A stretch of 64,000 bases of DNA from Lentisphaeria bacterium (GCA_041690595.1 JAWLHB010000008.1:62001-126000), one strand, 5' to 3'; shown: positions 1 through 10,028, numbered from the stretch's first letter. Numbers and translations are program-made. Notes: generated by a model from the sequence alone, not told the origin.

Positions 1-951
1 ACCCTCCCGAACGAACCCGACGTCCTCAAGCGGCGGATCGACGAAAGCATCCGCTTGGTCACCCTCCCTCCTTCCCGCCCCGGCGGCGAGTGTTTCCTCT
101 TTGTTCTCGAGGATACCACCACCCGCACCCTTTGCGGCACCTGCGCCATCGCCACCAAGGTCGGCGGCTTCGAGCCATGGTATACCTATCGCCTGCGCAA
201 GCGCGTCCTCAAGTCACCCAGCCTCGGCATACGCCGCACCGTGCACCTCCTCGAACTGCGCGCCGAACACGATGGCCCGACGGAAATCGGCACCCTCTTC
301 CTTGCCCCAGATGCCCGCGGCAACGCCCTTGGCCGGCTCCTCTCTCTCAGCCGATTCCTCTTCATGGCCGAGCATCCACACTTCTTCGAACCGTTGGTCG
401 TCGCGGAGATGCGCGGCGTCATCGACAGCGAAGGCCGGTCTCCATTCTGGAATGCGATCGGCAATCACTTCTTCGGGATCGAGCTGCGCATGGTCGACCT
501 CATGGTCAACCACAGCAAAGCCTTCATCCAGGAACTCATGCCTCCCGAGCCGATCTACGTCGAACTGCTCCCCCCCGATGCACAGGCCGTCATCGGCAAA
601 GTCCATCCGGAAACCGAACCGGCCCTCCATATGCTCGAACTCGAAGGCTTCCGCCGCAATCACGAAGTCGATATCTTCGAGGCCGGACCGAGCGTCAGTT
701 GCGTGCGCAGCGCCATTCGTACCGTCCGCGAAAGCCAGGAGGCCAAGTTGGCCGTCGCGCCCGCCGGCGATGGCGAAGCGGAATGGCTGGTGGCCCGCGC
801 CGGCGAGCCTGCCCAGTGGCGCGTCGCCCTCTCCTCGCTCGAAAACCGCGGTCCGCACCACATCGGCCTGCCTGATGCCACCTCCAAAGCCCTCGAGGCC
901 GCCCCCGGGGATCCCATCCGCTATGCGCCACTGCGCGCCCGGAGGGAATGA
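1..951 (+). CDS. astA: Arginine N-succinyltransferase (5'-truncated by the window edge)
   Basis: Frame is open from base 1 (TLPNEPDVLKRRIDES). AstA motifs TEIGTLFL, GRLLSLSRFLFMA, VAEMRG, SPFWNAIG, ELMP..PIYV and DIFEAGP. Lies upstream of astD and astB. Confidence 0.93.
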   Translation, partial: TLPNEPDVLKRRIDESIRLVTLPPSRPGGECFLFVLEDTTTRTLCGTCAIATKVGGFEPWYTYRLRKRVLKSPSLGIRRTVHLLELRAEHDGPTEIGTLFLAPDARGNALGRLLSLSRFLFMAEHPHFFEPLVVAEMRGVIDSEGRSPFWNAIGNHFFGIELRMVDLMVNHSKAFIQELMPPEPIYVELLPPDAQAVIGKVHPETEPALHMLELEGFRRNHEVDIFEAGPSVSCVRSAIRTVRESQEAKLAVAPAGDGEAEWLVARAGEPAQWRVALSSLENRGPHHIGLPDATSKALEAAPGDPIRYAPLRARRE

Positions 952-2435
952 TGAAACTCACCGGCAATATCCTCATTGATGGACGCTGGCAGCCCGGCAA
1001 CGGCGAAGCCATTGACTCAAGCAACCCCGCCGCTGGTGCGTCCGTCTGGCACGGAAGCGCCGCTGACCGAAGCGACGTCGACGCAGCACTGATCGCTGCA
1101 GCCAACGCCGCCGCCGACTGGGCTAGGCGACCCAGCGACCAGCGCATCGCCATCCTCCGCGCTTTTCAGGAGCAACTGCGCTCTGCCCAGGACTGGTTGG
1201 CCGAACTGATCAGCCGCGAGACCGGCAAGCCCTTATGGGAGAGTCACACCGAAATCGCCGGCATGATCGCCAAAGTCGACATCTCCATCCGCGCCTGGGA
1301 CGCGCGCTGCCCCCCCTATGGCGGCCGTCAGGGCGATCTCCACTGGTCCACCCATTACCGTCCGCACGGCGTGATGGCCGTCCTCGGCCCCTTCAATTTC
1401 CCCGGCCACCTGCCCAACGGCCATATCGTCCCCGCCCTCCTCGCCGGCAACGCCGTCGTTTTCAAGCCGAGCGACCGAACCCCCGCCGTCGGCGAGGCCT
1501 GCGCCCGACTCTGGGAGCAGGCAGGGCTTCCAGAAGGCGTCCTCACCCTCCTCCACGGCGGTGGCAACACCGGCCGCGCCATCGTCGAACATGCCGCCGT
1601 CAACGCCATCCTCTTCACCGGCAGTTACGCCACCGGCAAGGCCATCCATCGCCTGCTCGCCGGCAGGCCCGAAGTCCTGCTTGCGCTCGAAATGGGCGGC
1701 AACAATCCCCTCGTCATCGGGCACACCCAGGCAAGCCAGGCTGCGCTCTACATCGCCATCGCCTCAGCCTTCGCCACGACCGGTCAGCGCTGCACCTGCG
1801 CGCGCCGCCTGATTCTCATCCAGCCCGAAGTGCCCGACACCTTTCTCCCGGAACTCATCGACGCGGCTCGGCGCCTGCGCCAGGATGCCTGGAACAGCCA
1901 ACCCGACCCCTTCATGGGGCCGCTGATCGACAAAGATGCCGCCACCGCTGTCGCCAGCGCGCAGCAGCAATGGATCGACGCCGGCGCCAAGCCCCTGCTA
2001 CGGGCCGAACAGAGCAACGACCGCCCCGCCTTCATCAGCCCCGGGATCATCGACACGACCGGCATCGACATCCCCGACCAGGAGATCTTCGGTCCCCTGC
2101 TCCAGGTGATCCGCGTACCCGACCTCGATGCTGCCATTCACGAAGCGAACCGCACTGCCTATGGCCTGGCCGCCGCCTACGTGGGTGACAACCCCGCTGC
2201 CTGGCAGGCCTTCCATTCCAATGTCCGCGCGGGCGTCATCAACTGGAACCGACAGACGACCGGAGCCCGCGGCGATCTGCCTTTCGGCGGCGTTGGCCAC
2301 AGCGGCAACCACCGGCCGGCCGCCTGGTTTGCCGCCGACTATTGCGCCTGGCCAATGGCCTCCATCACGCAACCCATCGCCGCTCTGCCCAGCGACCTGC
2401 CTCCAGGCCTGAACCTTACCGGAGATCCACCATGA
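948..2435 (+). CDS. astD: Succinylglutamate-semialdehyde dehydrogenase
   Basis: Aldehyde dehydrogenase motifs ETGKPLWE, RPHGVMAVLGPFNFPGHLPNGHIVPALLAGN, LALEMGGNNP, GQRCTCARR, PFGGVGHSGNHRPAAWFAADYCAWP. ATGA overlap with astA. Confidence 0.95.
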   Translation: MMKLTGNILIDGRWQPGNGEAIDSSNPAAGASVWHGSAADRSDVDAALIAAANAAADWARRPSDQRIAILRAFQEQLRSAQDWLAELISRETGKPLWESHTEIAGMIAKVDISIRAWDARCPPYGGRQGDLHWSTHYRPHGVMAVLGPFNFPGHLPNGHIVPALLAGNAVVFKPSDRTPAVGEACARLWEQAGLPEGVLTLLHGGGNTGRAIVEHAAVNAILFTGSYATGKAIHRLLAGRPEVLLALEMGGNNPLVIGHTQASQAALYIAIASAFATTGQRCTCARRLILIQPEVPDTFLPELIDAARRLRQDAWNSQPDPFMGPLIDKDAATAVASAQQQWIDAGAKPLLRAEQSNDRPAFISPGIIDTTGIDIPDQEIFGPLLQVIRVPDLDAAIHEANRTAYGLAAAYVGDNPAAWQAFHSNVRAGVINWNRQTTGARGDLPFGGVGHSGNHRPAAWFAADYCAWPMASITQPIAALPSDLPPGLNLTGDPP

Positions 2436-3229
2436 ACCTCACCCAGCTCTTCACCGAACTCTGGCACCGCTATGCCGCCATCAATCCTCAGGCCCAAGCC
2501 ATCCACGACCTCCTCCAGCAGCGCGGCGACCGCATCGTCAACGACCACCTCGCCTTTCGCACCTTCCGCCACCCACGCCTCGGCCTCGACCAGCTCGCGC
2601 ACCCCTTCGAGAATCTCGGCTACCGCGCTGTCGGCACCTATCACTTCAAGGCCAAGAAACTGCTCGCCAGGCACTACGAAGCTCCCGACGCACCCAAGAT
2701 CTTCATCAGCGAGCTGATCCTCGACCAATGCTCAGAGACCCTGCGGCAGATCGTTCACCAGATGATCGATGCCATCCCCCCCACGGTGCGGGTCGACCAG
2801 GACTTCCTCCTTCGCGGCCGCCCATGGCCACCCGTCTCCCGCGCTGTCTGGCAGCAACTGCGCGACGAAAGCGAATATGCCGCATGGATGGCCGCCTTCG
2901 GCTACTGCGCCAATCACTTCACCATCCTCGTCAACGCCCTGACCACCATCCCCGATCTCGAAGCCCTCTGCGCCCTCTTGCGAGAGAGGGGCTTTACCCT
3001 CAATGAATCAGGTGGCCTCATCAAGGGTGGTCCCGCTGTCCATCTGGCCCAGGCATCCACCCGCGCCCCCGATGTCCAGATCGACTTCGTCGACGGTACC
3101 GCCGCCATTCCCGGCTGCTACTACGAATTTGCCCAGCGTTATCCACTCCCCGATGGCACCCTCTTTCAGGGCTTCGTCGCTGACTCCGCCGATCGTATCT
3201 TCGAAAGCACCGACGCGGGACCACGATGA
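2432..3229 (+). CDS. DUF1338 family protein (HglS/YdcJ-like Fe(II) dioxygenase/decarboxylase fold)
   Basis: NDHLAFRT, PKIFISEL, ESEYAAW, NHFT, LNESGGLIKG, YYEFAQRY, FQGFVADSADRIFEST. ATG at 2432 overlaps the astD stop and has a GGAG RBS. Confidence 0.88.
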   Translation: MNLTQLFTELWHRYAAINPQAQAIHDLLQQRGDRIVNDHLAFRTFRHPRLGLDQLAHPFENLGYRAVGTYHFKAKKLLARHYEAPDAPKIFISELILDQCSETLRQIVHQMIDAIPPTVRVDQDFLLRGRPWPPVSRAVWQQLRDESEYAAWMAAFGYCANHFTILVNALTTIPDLEALCALLRERGFTLNESGGLIKGGPAVHLAQASTRAPDVQIDFVDGTAAIPGCYYEFAQRYPLPDGTLFQGFVADSADRIFESTDAGPR

Positions 3230-4563
3230 TCGAGCTCAACATCGATGGACTGATCGGCCCGACCCACCACTATGCCGGCCAGGCAAGCGGCAATCTCGCC
3301 TCCCGCGAGAACCGTGGCAGCGTCTCGAACCCCCGCGCCGCCGCCCTGCAGGGCCTTGCCAAGATGATCCTTCTCACCGAACTCGGCCTGCCGCAGGCAT
3401 TCCTGCCCCCCCACGAACGCCCGTGCATCCGCCACCTTCGCGCTCAGGGCATCACCGGCACCGACACCGAGGTGCTCACCCAGGCATGGAAGCACCAGCC
3501 CGCCTTGCTGCTCGCCTGCTCCAGCGCCTCCGCCATGTGGACCGCCAACGCAGCCACCATCTCCCCTGCCCCCGATACCGCCGACAGTCGGACTCATCTC
3601 ACCCCCGCCAACCTCGCCAGCCAACCACATCGGCGCATCGAGCCGAACCAGACCGCCAACCTGCTTCGCCTGCTGCTGCCCTCGCCCACGATCCTCCATC
3701 ACCCTCCCCTCTCCGACGTCGACGACTGCCACGACGAAGGTGGCGCCAACCACCTGCGCCTCGCCCCTCGCCACGGCGCCCCCGGACTCGAACTCTTCGC
3801 CTACGGACGCCACGCCCATGAAGCCCCCGGACTCCCCGGCTTTCTCCCCCGCCAGACACGCCAGGCTTCCGAGGCCGTTATCCGCAACCACCGTCTGGCG
3901 CCTGCCAGCACACGCCTCCCGCGGCAGCATCCAGAGGCCATCGCCGCGGGCGCCTTCCACAACGACCTCGTCGCCGTGAGCAACGAGAACCTCCTGCTCT
4001 GTCACGAACGGGCCTGGCTCGACGGCCCGGAAACCATCGCCTGGATCCAGACCGCTTGGTCGCGACTGCCCGCGGAGTTGCCCCTGCACATCGTGCAACT
4101 AGCCGAGAAACGCCTGCCCCTCGCCACCGCCATGACCAGCTACCTCTTCAACAGCCAGGTCGTCTCCCTGCCCGCCGGTGGCATGGCTGTCATTGCCCCC
4201 CGCGAATGCACCGACTCCCCCGCCGCTATCCAGATCCTCGATGAACTCCGCGACGATCCAGCCATCCCCGTGCGCGAGCTGCACCTCGTCGATCTCCGCC
4301 AATCCATGCGCAATGGCGGCGGCCCTGCCTGCCTCCGCCTGCGAGTCGTCCTCCCCGCCGTCGATACCACACACGTCAACCCAAACCTCCTCCTCGACAC
4401 CGCCAAGGCTCGCCTCATTGGCAGCTGGATCCACCGTCACTACCGCGAGGAGCTTCACTGGAGCGATCTTGCCGACCCCGCCTTTCTCGACGAATCCCGC
4501 CGTGCCCTCGATGCCCTCACCCAGCTCCTCCATCTCGGCCCCATCTACGACTTCCAGCAATAA
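3226..4563 (+). CDS. astB: N-succinylarginine dihydrolase
   Basis: NIDGLIGPTHHYAG, SASAMWTANAATISP, DEGGANH, FHND, SYLFNSQ, SMRNGGGPACLRLRV (catalytic Cys). Confidence 0.95.
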   Translation: MIELNIDGLIGPTHHYAGQASGNLASRENRGSVSNPRAAALQGLAKMILLTELGLPQAFLPPHERPCIRHLRAQGITGTDTEVLTQAWKHQPALLLACSSASAMWTANAATISPAPDTADSRTHLTPANLASQPHRRIEPNQTANLLRLLLPSPTILHHPPLSDVDDCHDEGGANHLRLAPRHGAPGLELFAYGRHAHEAPGLPGFLPRQTRQASEAVIRNHRLAPASTRLPRQHPEAIAAGAFHNDLVAVSNENLLLCHERAWLDGPETIAWIQTAWSRLPAELPLHIVQLAEKRLPLATAMTSYLFNSQVVSLPAGGMAVIAPRECTDSPAAIQILDELRDDPAIPVRELHLVDLRQSMRNGGGPACLRLRVVLPAVDTTHVNPNLLLDTAKARLIGSWIHRHYREELHWSDLADPAFLDESRRALDALTQLLHLGPIYDFQQ

Positions 4564-4573
4564 CTGCCACCGC

Positions 4574-4607
4574 CCCGGCACCTGACCTTGGCGTCAGCGT
4601 TGCCGGG
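4574..4607. terminator. Imperfect hairpin between convergent genes, possibly a bidirectional terminator
   Basis: CCCGGCA..TGAC / GTCA..TGCCGGG inverted repeat between the astB stop and the stop of the opposite gene. No clear U-tract. Confidence 0.3.
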
Positions 4608-4621
4608 ACGGAGCACATCGC

Positions 4622-5344
4622 TCAGCCTTTCCCTTTGCCCTTCCCCTTGCCGCGATCGCCTTCCCTGGATTCGCCCTTCTGCTCCTTGCCCTTCCACTCC
4701 GTCTTCTCGGCCTTCTCCGGCTTCACCCGGTCATCCTTGGCCGCATTCTCCTCCTGCATGGCAGCGCTCTTCCGCTCCTCCGCCGCTGCCAGCGCTGCAT
4801 CCTTCCGCTCCTCTGCCCGACGCATCGCCGCCTCTCTCTCCTCGCCCTTCAACTGCGCGGCATCCTTCTTTGCCTGCGCAAACTCCCTCATGGCCGCTGC
4901 TTTGGCCGATTCGAACTCTCGCTTCGTCTGCTCCTTCTCGCCATCCAAGCCATGCTTGCGCTTCTCCGCATCCTTATTTCCTCTGGCCTCTTTACGCTCG
5001 CCCAGCGCCGCGTTCTTCTGCTCCTCCGCCGCTGCCAGCGCTGCATTCTTGCGCTCCTCAGCTCGACGCATCGCCGCCTCTCTCTCCGCGCCCTCCAATT
5101 GTCTCGCATCCTTCCTCGCCTGCGCATACTCCTTGAGCGCTTCGGCCTTGGCCGATTCCGCGGCCCCGATCGCGCTCCGCTTCTCGTCAGCCGCAGCGTT
5201 CTCCGCCCGCTCGCCCTTCTGCCACTCCGCCTTCTCCGCGGACCTTCCCTTGCTGCGCTCGGCAGGCGATTTGCCGTATGTCGTCGATATCGTCAACGCC
5301 GCGACCATCAGCCCGCAGGCTAACACTCTGGTAGATTTTCTCAT
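4622..5344 (-). CDS. Secreted Ala/Glu/Lys-rich helical repeat protein
   Basis: Signal peptide MRKSTRVLACGLMVAALTISTTYG, AGGAG RBS, two internal repeats 82 aa apart, GKGKGKGKG tail. Confidence 0.8.
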   Translation of the reverse strand: MRKSTRVLACGLMVAALTISTTYGKSPAERSKGRSAEKAEWQKGERAENAAADEKRSAIGAAESAKAEALKEYAQARKDARQLEGAEREAAMRRAEERKNAALAAAEEQKNAALGERKEARGNKDAEKRKHGLDGEKEQTKREFESAKAAAMREFAQAKKDAAQLKGEEREAAMRRAEERKDAALAAAEERKSAAMQEENAAKDDRVKPEKAEKTEWKGKEQKGESREGDRGKGKGKGKG

Positions 5345-5566
5345 CGTGCTTTCTCCTCTTCTGCTTTACGGTTGGGCGAAGGAAACGTGACAGCCCTCGC
5401 AGCGTCACCCCCCAGCGCGAATGTACCTGTACCAAGGTAGTGCGAGTTCTCCGCCAGCGCAATAGCATCCCACCGCGCCTTCATAATCAGCTTAACACCG
5501 TAACCTGCTGAAATACCGCAAGTTACGCCCCGCTCCACCACGTCTCCACGTCTCCGCGTCTCCGAC

Positions 5567-6073
5567 CTATTCCGTCAGGCCCGCCCGGAACGCCTCATGA
5601 AACGCCACCTTCCCCCGCGGCATTGGCCCATCCAGGGACAAGGCAAAAAACACCTCATCCGGTACCCCCTCGACGCCAAGATCCGGAGTGTTCCCGAACC
5701 CGAAGCGCGTGTAGTACGTCGGATGCCCCACAAGGCAACATCCCCGGGCACCAAGCCCTTTCAGACGCGACAGCCCCTCCCATATCAACGCCCCCCCGAT
5801 CCCCTGGCCCTGGTACTCCGGCACCACCGACACCGGCCCCAGACCGTACCAGTCCACACTGCCGTCCGAGATCACCACCGGCGAGAAGGCCACATGCCCC
5901 ACCACCCGCCCATCAACCTCTGCCACCAGCGAAACCGTCAGTGCCCTGGCGGCACGCAATGCGGCGACGATGAAATGCTCCGTCTGGTTGCTGATAGCCA
6001 GCGTCTTGAAAGCCCCCAGCGTCACCTCGCTGATCACATCCACGTCGGCGCCCGTCTCATCCCTGATCACCAT
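5567..6073 (-). CDS. GNAT N-acetyltransferase (YhbS-like)
   Basis: SLVAEVDGRVVGHVAFSPV, LGPVSVVPEYQGQGIGGALI, LVGHPTYYTRFGF. Start MVIRDE at 6073 follows an AAGGAG RBS. Confidence 0.9.
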   Translation of the reverse strand: MVIRDETGADVDVISEVTLGAFKTLAISNQTEHFIVAALRAARALTVSLVAEVDGRVVGHVAFSPVVISDGSVDWYGLGPVSVVPEYQGQGIGGALIWEGLSRLKGLGARGCCLVGHPTYYTRFGFGNTPDLGVEGVPDEVFFALSLDGPMPRGKVAFHEAFRAGLTE

Positions 6074-6497
6074 CTTCTCCTTCACCGTGTTCCCCTTCTT
6101 CAGGCCCAACCCTTCATGATGTGGATGGATAGCTCCTCGGCGCCACGACCAGTACCCCTGGCCAGAAATTGCGCCGATCTCCATGAAACTCAATTTTACT
6201 CGCCTGAAATGACGCACAGTCTATGACACGTTGCCGCCGTTATCAAGAGACACAACTATTATTACAACAACGCCGCGCCCCACCCTCGCACCGGTCCCCC
6301 TCTACCACTCAGGCACCGTCCTTCAGACCCGCGATGCGTCTCGTCATGGCTCCGAATCCAGGTACGCTTCGATCAGCCGTGCGGTCAGCTCAGGGACGCG
6401 GGTGTCTGTCCTGATCACCCTTACCGCCCTGCCGTCAAACGCCCGTCAACCGGAAGAAGAGGCCTTGCACAAGCAGCACGCCTACCACCACTGACTA

Positions 6498-6580
6498 ATA
6501 GCGAGAATTTTTCTCGTTATCAGTTTAACCACGAACCATATTGAGCTATAGTAGGAAAAATAACGAGAGTTTTTCTCGTA
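6498..6580 (+). promoter_or_regulatory. Twin palindromic operator-like sites flanking a sigma70-like promoter upstream of the ATPase gene
   Basis: ATAGCGAGAATTTTTCTCGT (6498) and ATAACGAGAGTTTTTCTCGT (6560), with TTTAAC-17-TATAGT (6524-6552) between them. Confidence 0.6.
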
Positions 6581-6592
6581 CGAGGTGACAAT

Positions 6593-7939
6593 ATGTTGAT
6601 CAGCTTCTCGGTTGAAAACTGGATGTCGTTCCGCGACCCAGTCTCCTTCTCCATGGTGGCAAGTCGTGAAAGGCAGCATGGGGAGCGTCTCCCCAAACTC
6701 CCCAAATACCGAATGAGAGTTCTGCCTGTCGCAGCCATCTACGGCGGTAACGCTTCAGGCAAAACGAACTTCTTCAAAGCTCTGAGTTTTGTGAAGTCAT
6801 TCGTGGTCAGAGGCTCGCAGCCCGATAGCCTGGTACCCGTCGATCCGTTCCGACTGAATACGGATAGCGAGAAAGTGCCTTCTCGTTTCTCCCTTGAACT
6901 CCTGATTGACGAGGACATCTACGAGTTCAGCTTTGCGGTGAGCAGGAATTCTGTTGTCGAGGAGAAGCTTGTCCTGATCAAGAGCACCAGCGAGACTGTC
7001 CTCTATGACCGACATGACGGTGATTCGAACTTCGATGCATCTCTGGCCGAGGATCAGTTCCTATGCTTCGCTTTCAAAGGCACTCGTGACAACCAGCTCT
7101 TCCTGACCAACTCGGTATCGCAAAAAGTCGAGCGATTCCGTCCCGTCTACAACTGGTTCAAGAACTCCCTCGAAATGGTTGCCCCAGATTCCCGATTTGA
7201 ACCCTTCGAGCGTTTTCTCGATGAGGATCATCCGCTCTATTCGGCCATGAATGAACTCCTGCCTCTGCTCGATACCGGTATCGCCCGCCTCGGGGGAGAG
7301 CTGATTCCGTTCGATGACCTTCCTGTCCCCCAATCAATGAAAGCCAAGCTGCAGGAGGATGTCAAGGAGGGTGTCACGGTCCGCCTGTTGCGCCAACCTA
7401 CCAACGAACGCTACTTGGTTACAAGGGAAGCTGGTGAACTGGTGGCAAGAAGGCTGGTCTCTTACCATCCAAGGTCGGACGGCACCGAGGTAAAATTCGA
7501 GATGCGCCAGGAGTCGGATGGCTCGCAGCGCGCAATCGATTTACTGCCAGTTTTTCTGCGACTGTCACAGACCGCGGCACCGAAGGTTTTCGTCATTGAT
7601 GAGCTTGACCGAAGCCTGCACACCATTCTTACTCGACAGCTTCTTGAGGCATACCTGACCAATTGCTCACATGAGACGCGGTCGCAGCTGCTCCTGACCA
7701 CTCACGATGTGCTTCTGATGGACCAGGACCTTTTGCGTCGTGACGAAATGTGGGTGGTGGAAAGGGATCGATCGGGTGTTTCCACACTCCATTCGTTCAG
7801 CGAATACAAAGATGTCCGCTACGACAAGGATGTCAGGAAGAGCTATCTGCAAGGACGCCTTGGAGGGGTTCCTCGCATCCTGATCGGATGCGCAATCGCA
7901 TCGCATTGTACGAGCAGCGACCCAGGCGAGGCAGACTGA
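6593..7939 (+). CDS. RloA/AbiLi-like ABC-type ATPase (AAA_21)
   Basis: [13 protein letters not shown] start, Walker A GGNASGKT, signature ESDGSQR, Walker [31 protein letters not shown]. Confidence 0.88.
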   Translation: MLISFSVENWMSFRDPVSFSMVASRERQHGERLPKLPKYRMRVLPVAAIYGGNASGKTNFFKALSFVKSFVVRGSQPDSLVPVDPFRLNTDSEKVPSRFSLELLIDEDIYEFSFAVSRNSVVEEKLVLIKSTSETVLYDRHDGDSNFDASLAEDQFLCFAFKGTRDNQLFLTNSVSQKVERFRPVYNWFKNSLEMVAPDSRFEPFERFLDEDHPLYSAMNELLPLLDTGIARLGGELIPFDDLPVPQSMKAKLQEDVKEGVTVRLLRQPTNERYLVTREAGELVARRLVSYHPRSDGTEVKFEMRQESDGSQRAIDLLPVFLRLSQTAAPKVFVIDELDRSLHTILTRQLLEAYLTNCSHETRSQLLLTTHDVLLMDQDLLRRDEMWVVERDRSGVSTLHSFSEYKDVRYDKDVRKSYLQGRLGGVPRILIGCAIASHCTSSDPGEAD

Positions 7940-8535
7940 TGGCAGGAAAACGACGGGACTTCAAACGCCGCGTCGGCAAGCGGCCATACAGAAAGCTGTT
8001 CGTAATTGCCGCGGAGGGGGCCAAGACCGAGCCCCAATACTTCGCCATTCTCGACAACCGCAACTCCGTAATCCATGTGCAGTGCTTGAGAACGAAACAC
8101 CACAGCTCCCCGCCCCAAGTTCTCAAGCGAATGCAGGCTCGGCTTGAGAAGGAATCGCTGCGCAAATCCGATGAAGCCTGGCTCGTTGTAGATCGGGATC
8201 AGTGGACTGAGGAGCAGTTGACGCAGCTTCACATTTGGTCAATGGGTGCGGTCAACTACGGATTCGCCCTCAGCAATCCCAAGTTCGAATTCTGGATACT
8301 GTTACACTTTGAAGACGGCAGCGGCGTTTCGAACTCCCAACAGTGTTCGGACCGATTGAAGCAGTTTTTGCCTGGCTACGACAAGGGGATTGATGCCGAC
8401 AAGCTAACGCCGGCGATGATCGCCAACGCGATTCGCCGTGCCAGAGGCCGGGACATCCCCCCGTGTGAAGACTGGCCCCGCAATGCGGCCGGTACGACGG
8501 TTTACAGGCTGGTCGAAAACATTCTCAAGGCATAA
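7939..8535 (+). CDS. RloB-like (Toprim-like) protein
   Basis: IAAEGAKTEPQYF, EAWLVVDRD, SNPKFEFWILLHFE, TTVYRLV. TGATG coupling to the ATPase gene. Confidence 0.88.
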   Translation: MAGKRRDFKRRVGKRPYRKLFVIAAEGAKTEPQYFAILDNRNSVIHVQCLRTKHHSSPPQVLKRMQARLEKESLRKSDEAWLVVDRDQWTEEQLTQLHIWSMGAVNYGFALSNPKFEFWILLHFEDGSGVSNSQQCSDRLKQFLPGYDKGIDADKLTPAMIANAIRRARGRDIPPCEDWPRNAAGTTVYRLVENILKA

Positions 8536-8588
8536 CCACCTTTTCCGTCCCACAACGCAGGCCTCCATCAGAACGCCCCAGCATCGTC

Positions 8589-10028
8589 TCACGACCAGAT
8601 GGGACGTTCCGGCATCTCATCCAGCAATGGGTCGTGCTGCAGCTTCATCTGGCGCAACAGCCGCTCATACATCTCCTTCGCCACGACGTCTACCTGCGCC
8701 TGCGTCAGTTGTGGCCGTGGATCTCGCGCCGCCCAGATGTCCTTCTTCCAGGTCGGCTGACCCGCGGCCAGCGCCAGCCGCCGACGCCGACGCCAATCCG
8801 TAAGCAGATCCACCAGCTCCAACGGATCATTCACCAGATCAAACAGCTGGTAGCGGTCGATTTGCGGATACCACACCAGCTTCCACCGCTCAGTGCGAAG
8901 ACAACGCTGACTATGCCGCAAGGGTTGCCCCGGTTCCTCAGGGCTGTAGAAGACGCTGAGCGTCTCCTCGCGAACCCGCTCCATTCGTCCCTGCATGACC
9001 CCAGCCAGGCTGTGCCCGCTCGTCGCCGACCGGGGGCGATCCACCCCCAGTAGCTCACACAGAGTCGGCATCAGATCCACGTGATGAGCCAGCGCTCGCG
9101 ATCGTCCACCCGCCGGCACGCCTGGCCCGCGGTAGATAAGAGGAGACGCGATGGAGTGGTCATACATGTTCTCCTTGCCGAGCAGTCCGTGACTCCCGAT
9201 AGCCAGCCCCTGATCCCCGGTGAACACCACCAGTGTCCGCTCCAGCTCACCACCTGCCCGCAGCGCCCCCAGAATCTGTCCCACCTGATAGTCCACATGG
9301 CTGATCATCGAGTAGTACCGGCATCGGTACCGCCGCATCGCCTCCTGCTCCCGCGGCCAGTTTTCCAGCAACTCATCCCGAATGACCATGTCACCATTGT
9401 CGAACGGGTGCTCCGGCATGAAATTCGGCAGCAGCGGCATGCTCTGCGTATCATACATGCTCGCCCACGGCTCCGGGCTCTCGTGCGGGTCGTGCGGCGC
9501 CGAAAACGCCAGATAGCAGAACCATGGCCGATCCTCAGGCGCCGCGGCAATCGCTCGCCGCGCCAGTTCCGCGAACAGATCCGTTGCATGCCCCTCCACT
9601 TCGCCATCGCCTTCCAGGAAACGCATGTGGTGTCCGTTCAGCGGAACCGTGTTCAGGTTGTCGCTCGGGTACACGCCATGGACGGCATCGTACCCCTTAT
9701 CTCGCGGATGCCCGTCATTGTGCCATTTCCCCACGTGAATCGTGTGGTAGCCAGCCGACTTCAGCGCTTGCGGCAACAGCGTCAGCTCCTCGTTTATCGG
9801 CATCCCGAACCATGGCACCTGGTTGATCCAGGATGTGCAGCCGGTCAGCAACTCCGCCCGGGCAGGTGTGCAGATCGGTGTCGTGCAGAATACCCGCTCG
9901 AAGGCAAAGCCTTCCGTCACCAGACTATCGAGATTTGGCGTATGAATGTGGGCATTGCCCAACTGGCCGATCGTGTCGAATCGCTGATCGTCCGTCACAA
10001 TCACCAGGACATTCGGTCTCGTGCTCAT
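8589..10028 (-). CDS. Cys-type formylglycine sulfatase (no signal peptide)
   Basis: RPNVLVIVTDDQR, CTPARAELLTG, GKWHN, APHDP, GLLGKENMYD. Start at MSTRPN. Confidence 0.92.
   Translation of the reverse strand: MSTRPNVLVIVTDDQRFDTIGQLGNAHIHTPNLDSLVTEGFAFERVFCTTPICTPARAELLTGCTSWINQVPWFGMPINEELTLLPQALKSAGYHTIHVGKWHNDGHPRDKGYDAVHGVYPSDNLNTVPLNGHHMRFLEGDGEVEGHATDLFAELARRAIAAAPEDRPWFCYLAFSAPHDPHESPEPWASMYDTQSMPLLPNFMPEHPFDNGDMVIRDELLENWPREQEAMRRYRCRYYSMISHVDYQVGQILGALRAGGELERTLVVFTGDQGLAIGSHGLLGKENMYDHSIASPLIYRGPGVPAGGRSRALAHHVDLMPTLCELLGVDRPRSATSGHSLAGVMQGRMERVREETLSVFYSPEEPGQPLRHSQRCLRTERWKLVWYPQIDRYQLFDLVNDPLELVDLLTDWRRRRRLALAAGQPTWKKDIWAARDPRPQLTQAQVDVVAKEMYERLLRQMKLQHDPLLDEMPERPIWS

Noticed and set aside
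5541..5564. CGTCTCC(A/G) x3 tandem 8-mer and nearby CGTAAC..GTTACG imperfect hairpin (5499-5527)
   Set aside because: Too short and without unique spacers, so not CRISPR. No supportable function.
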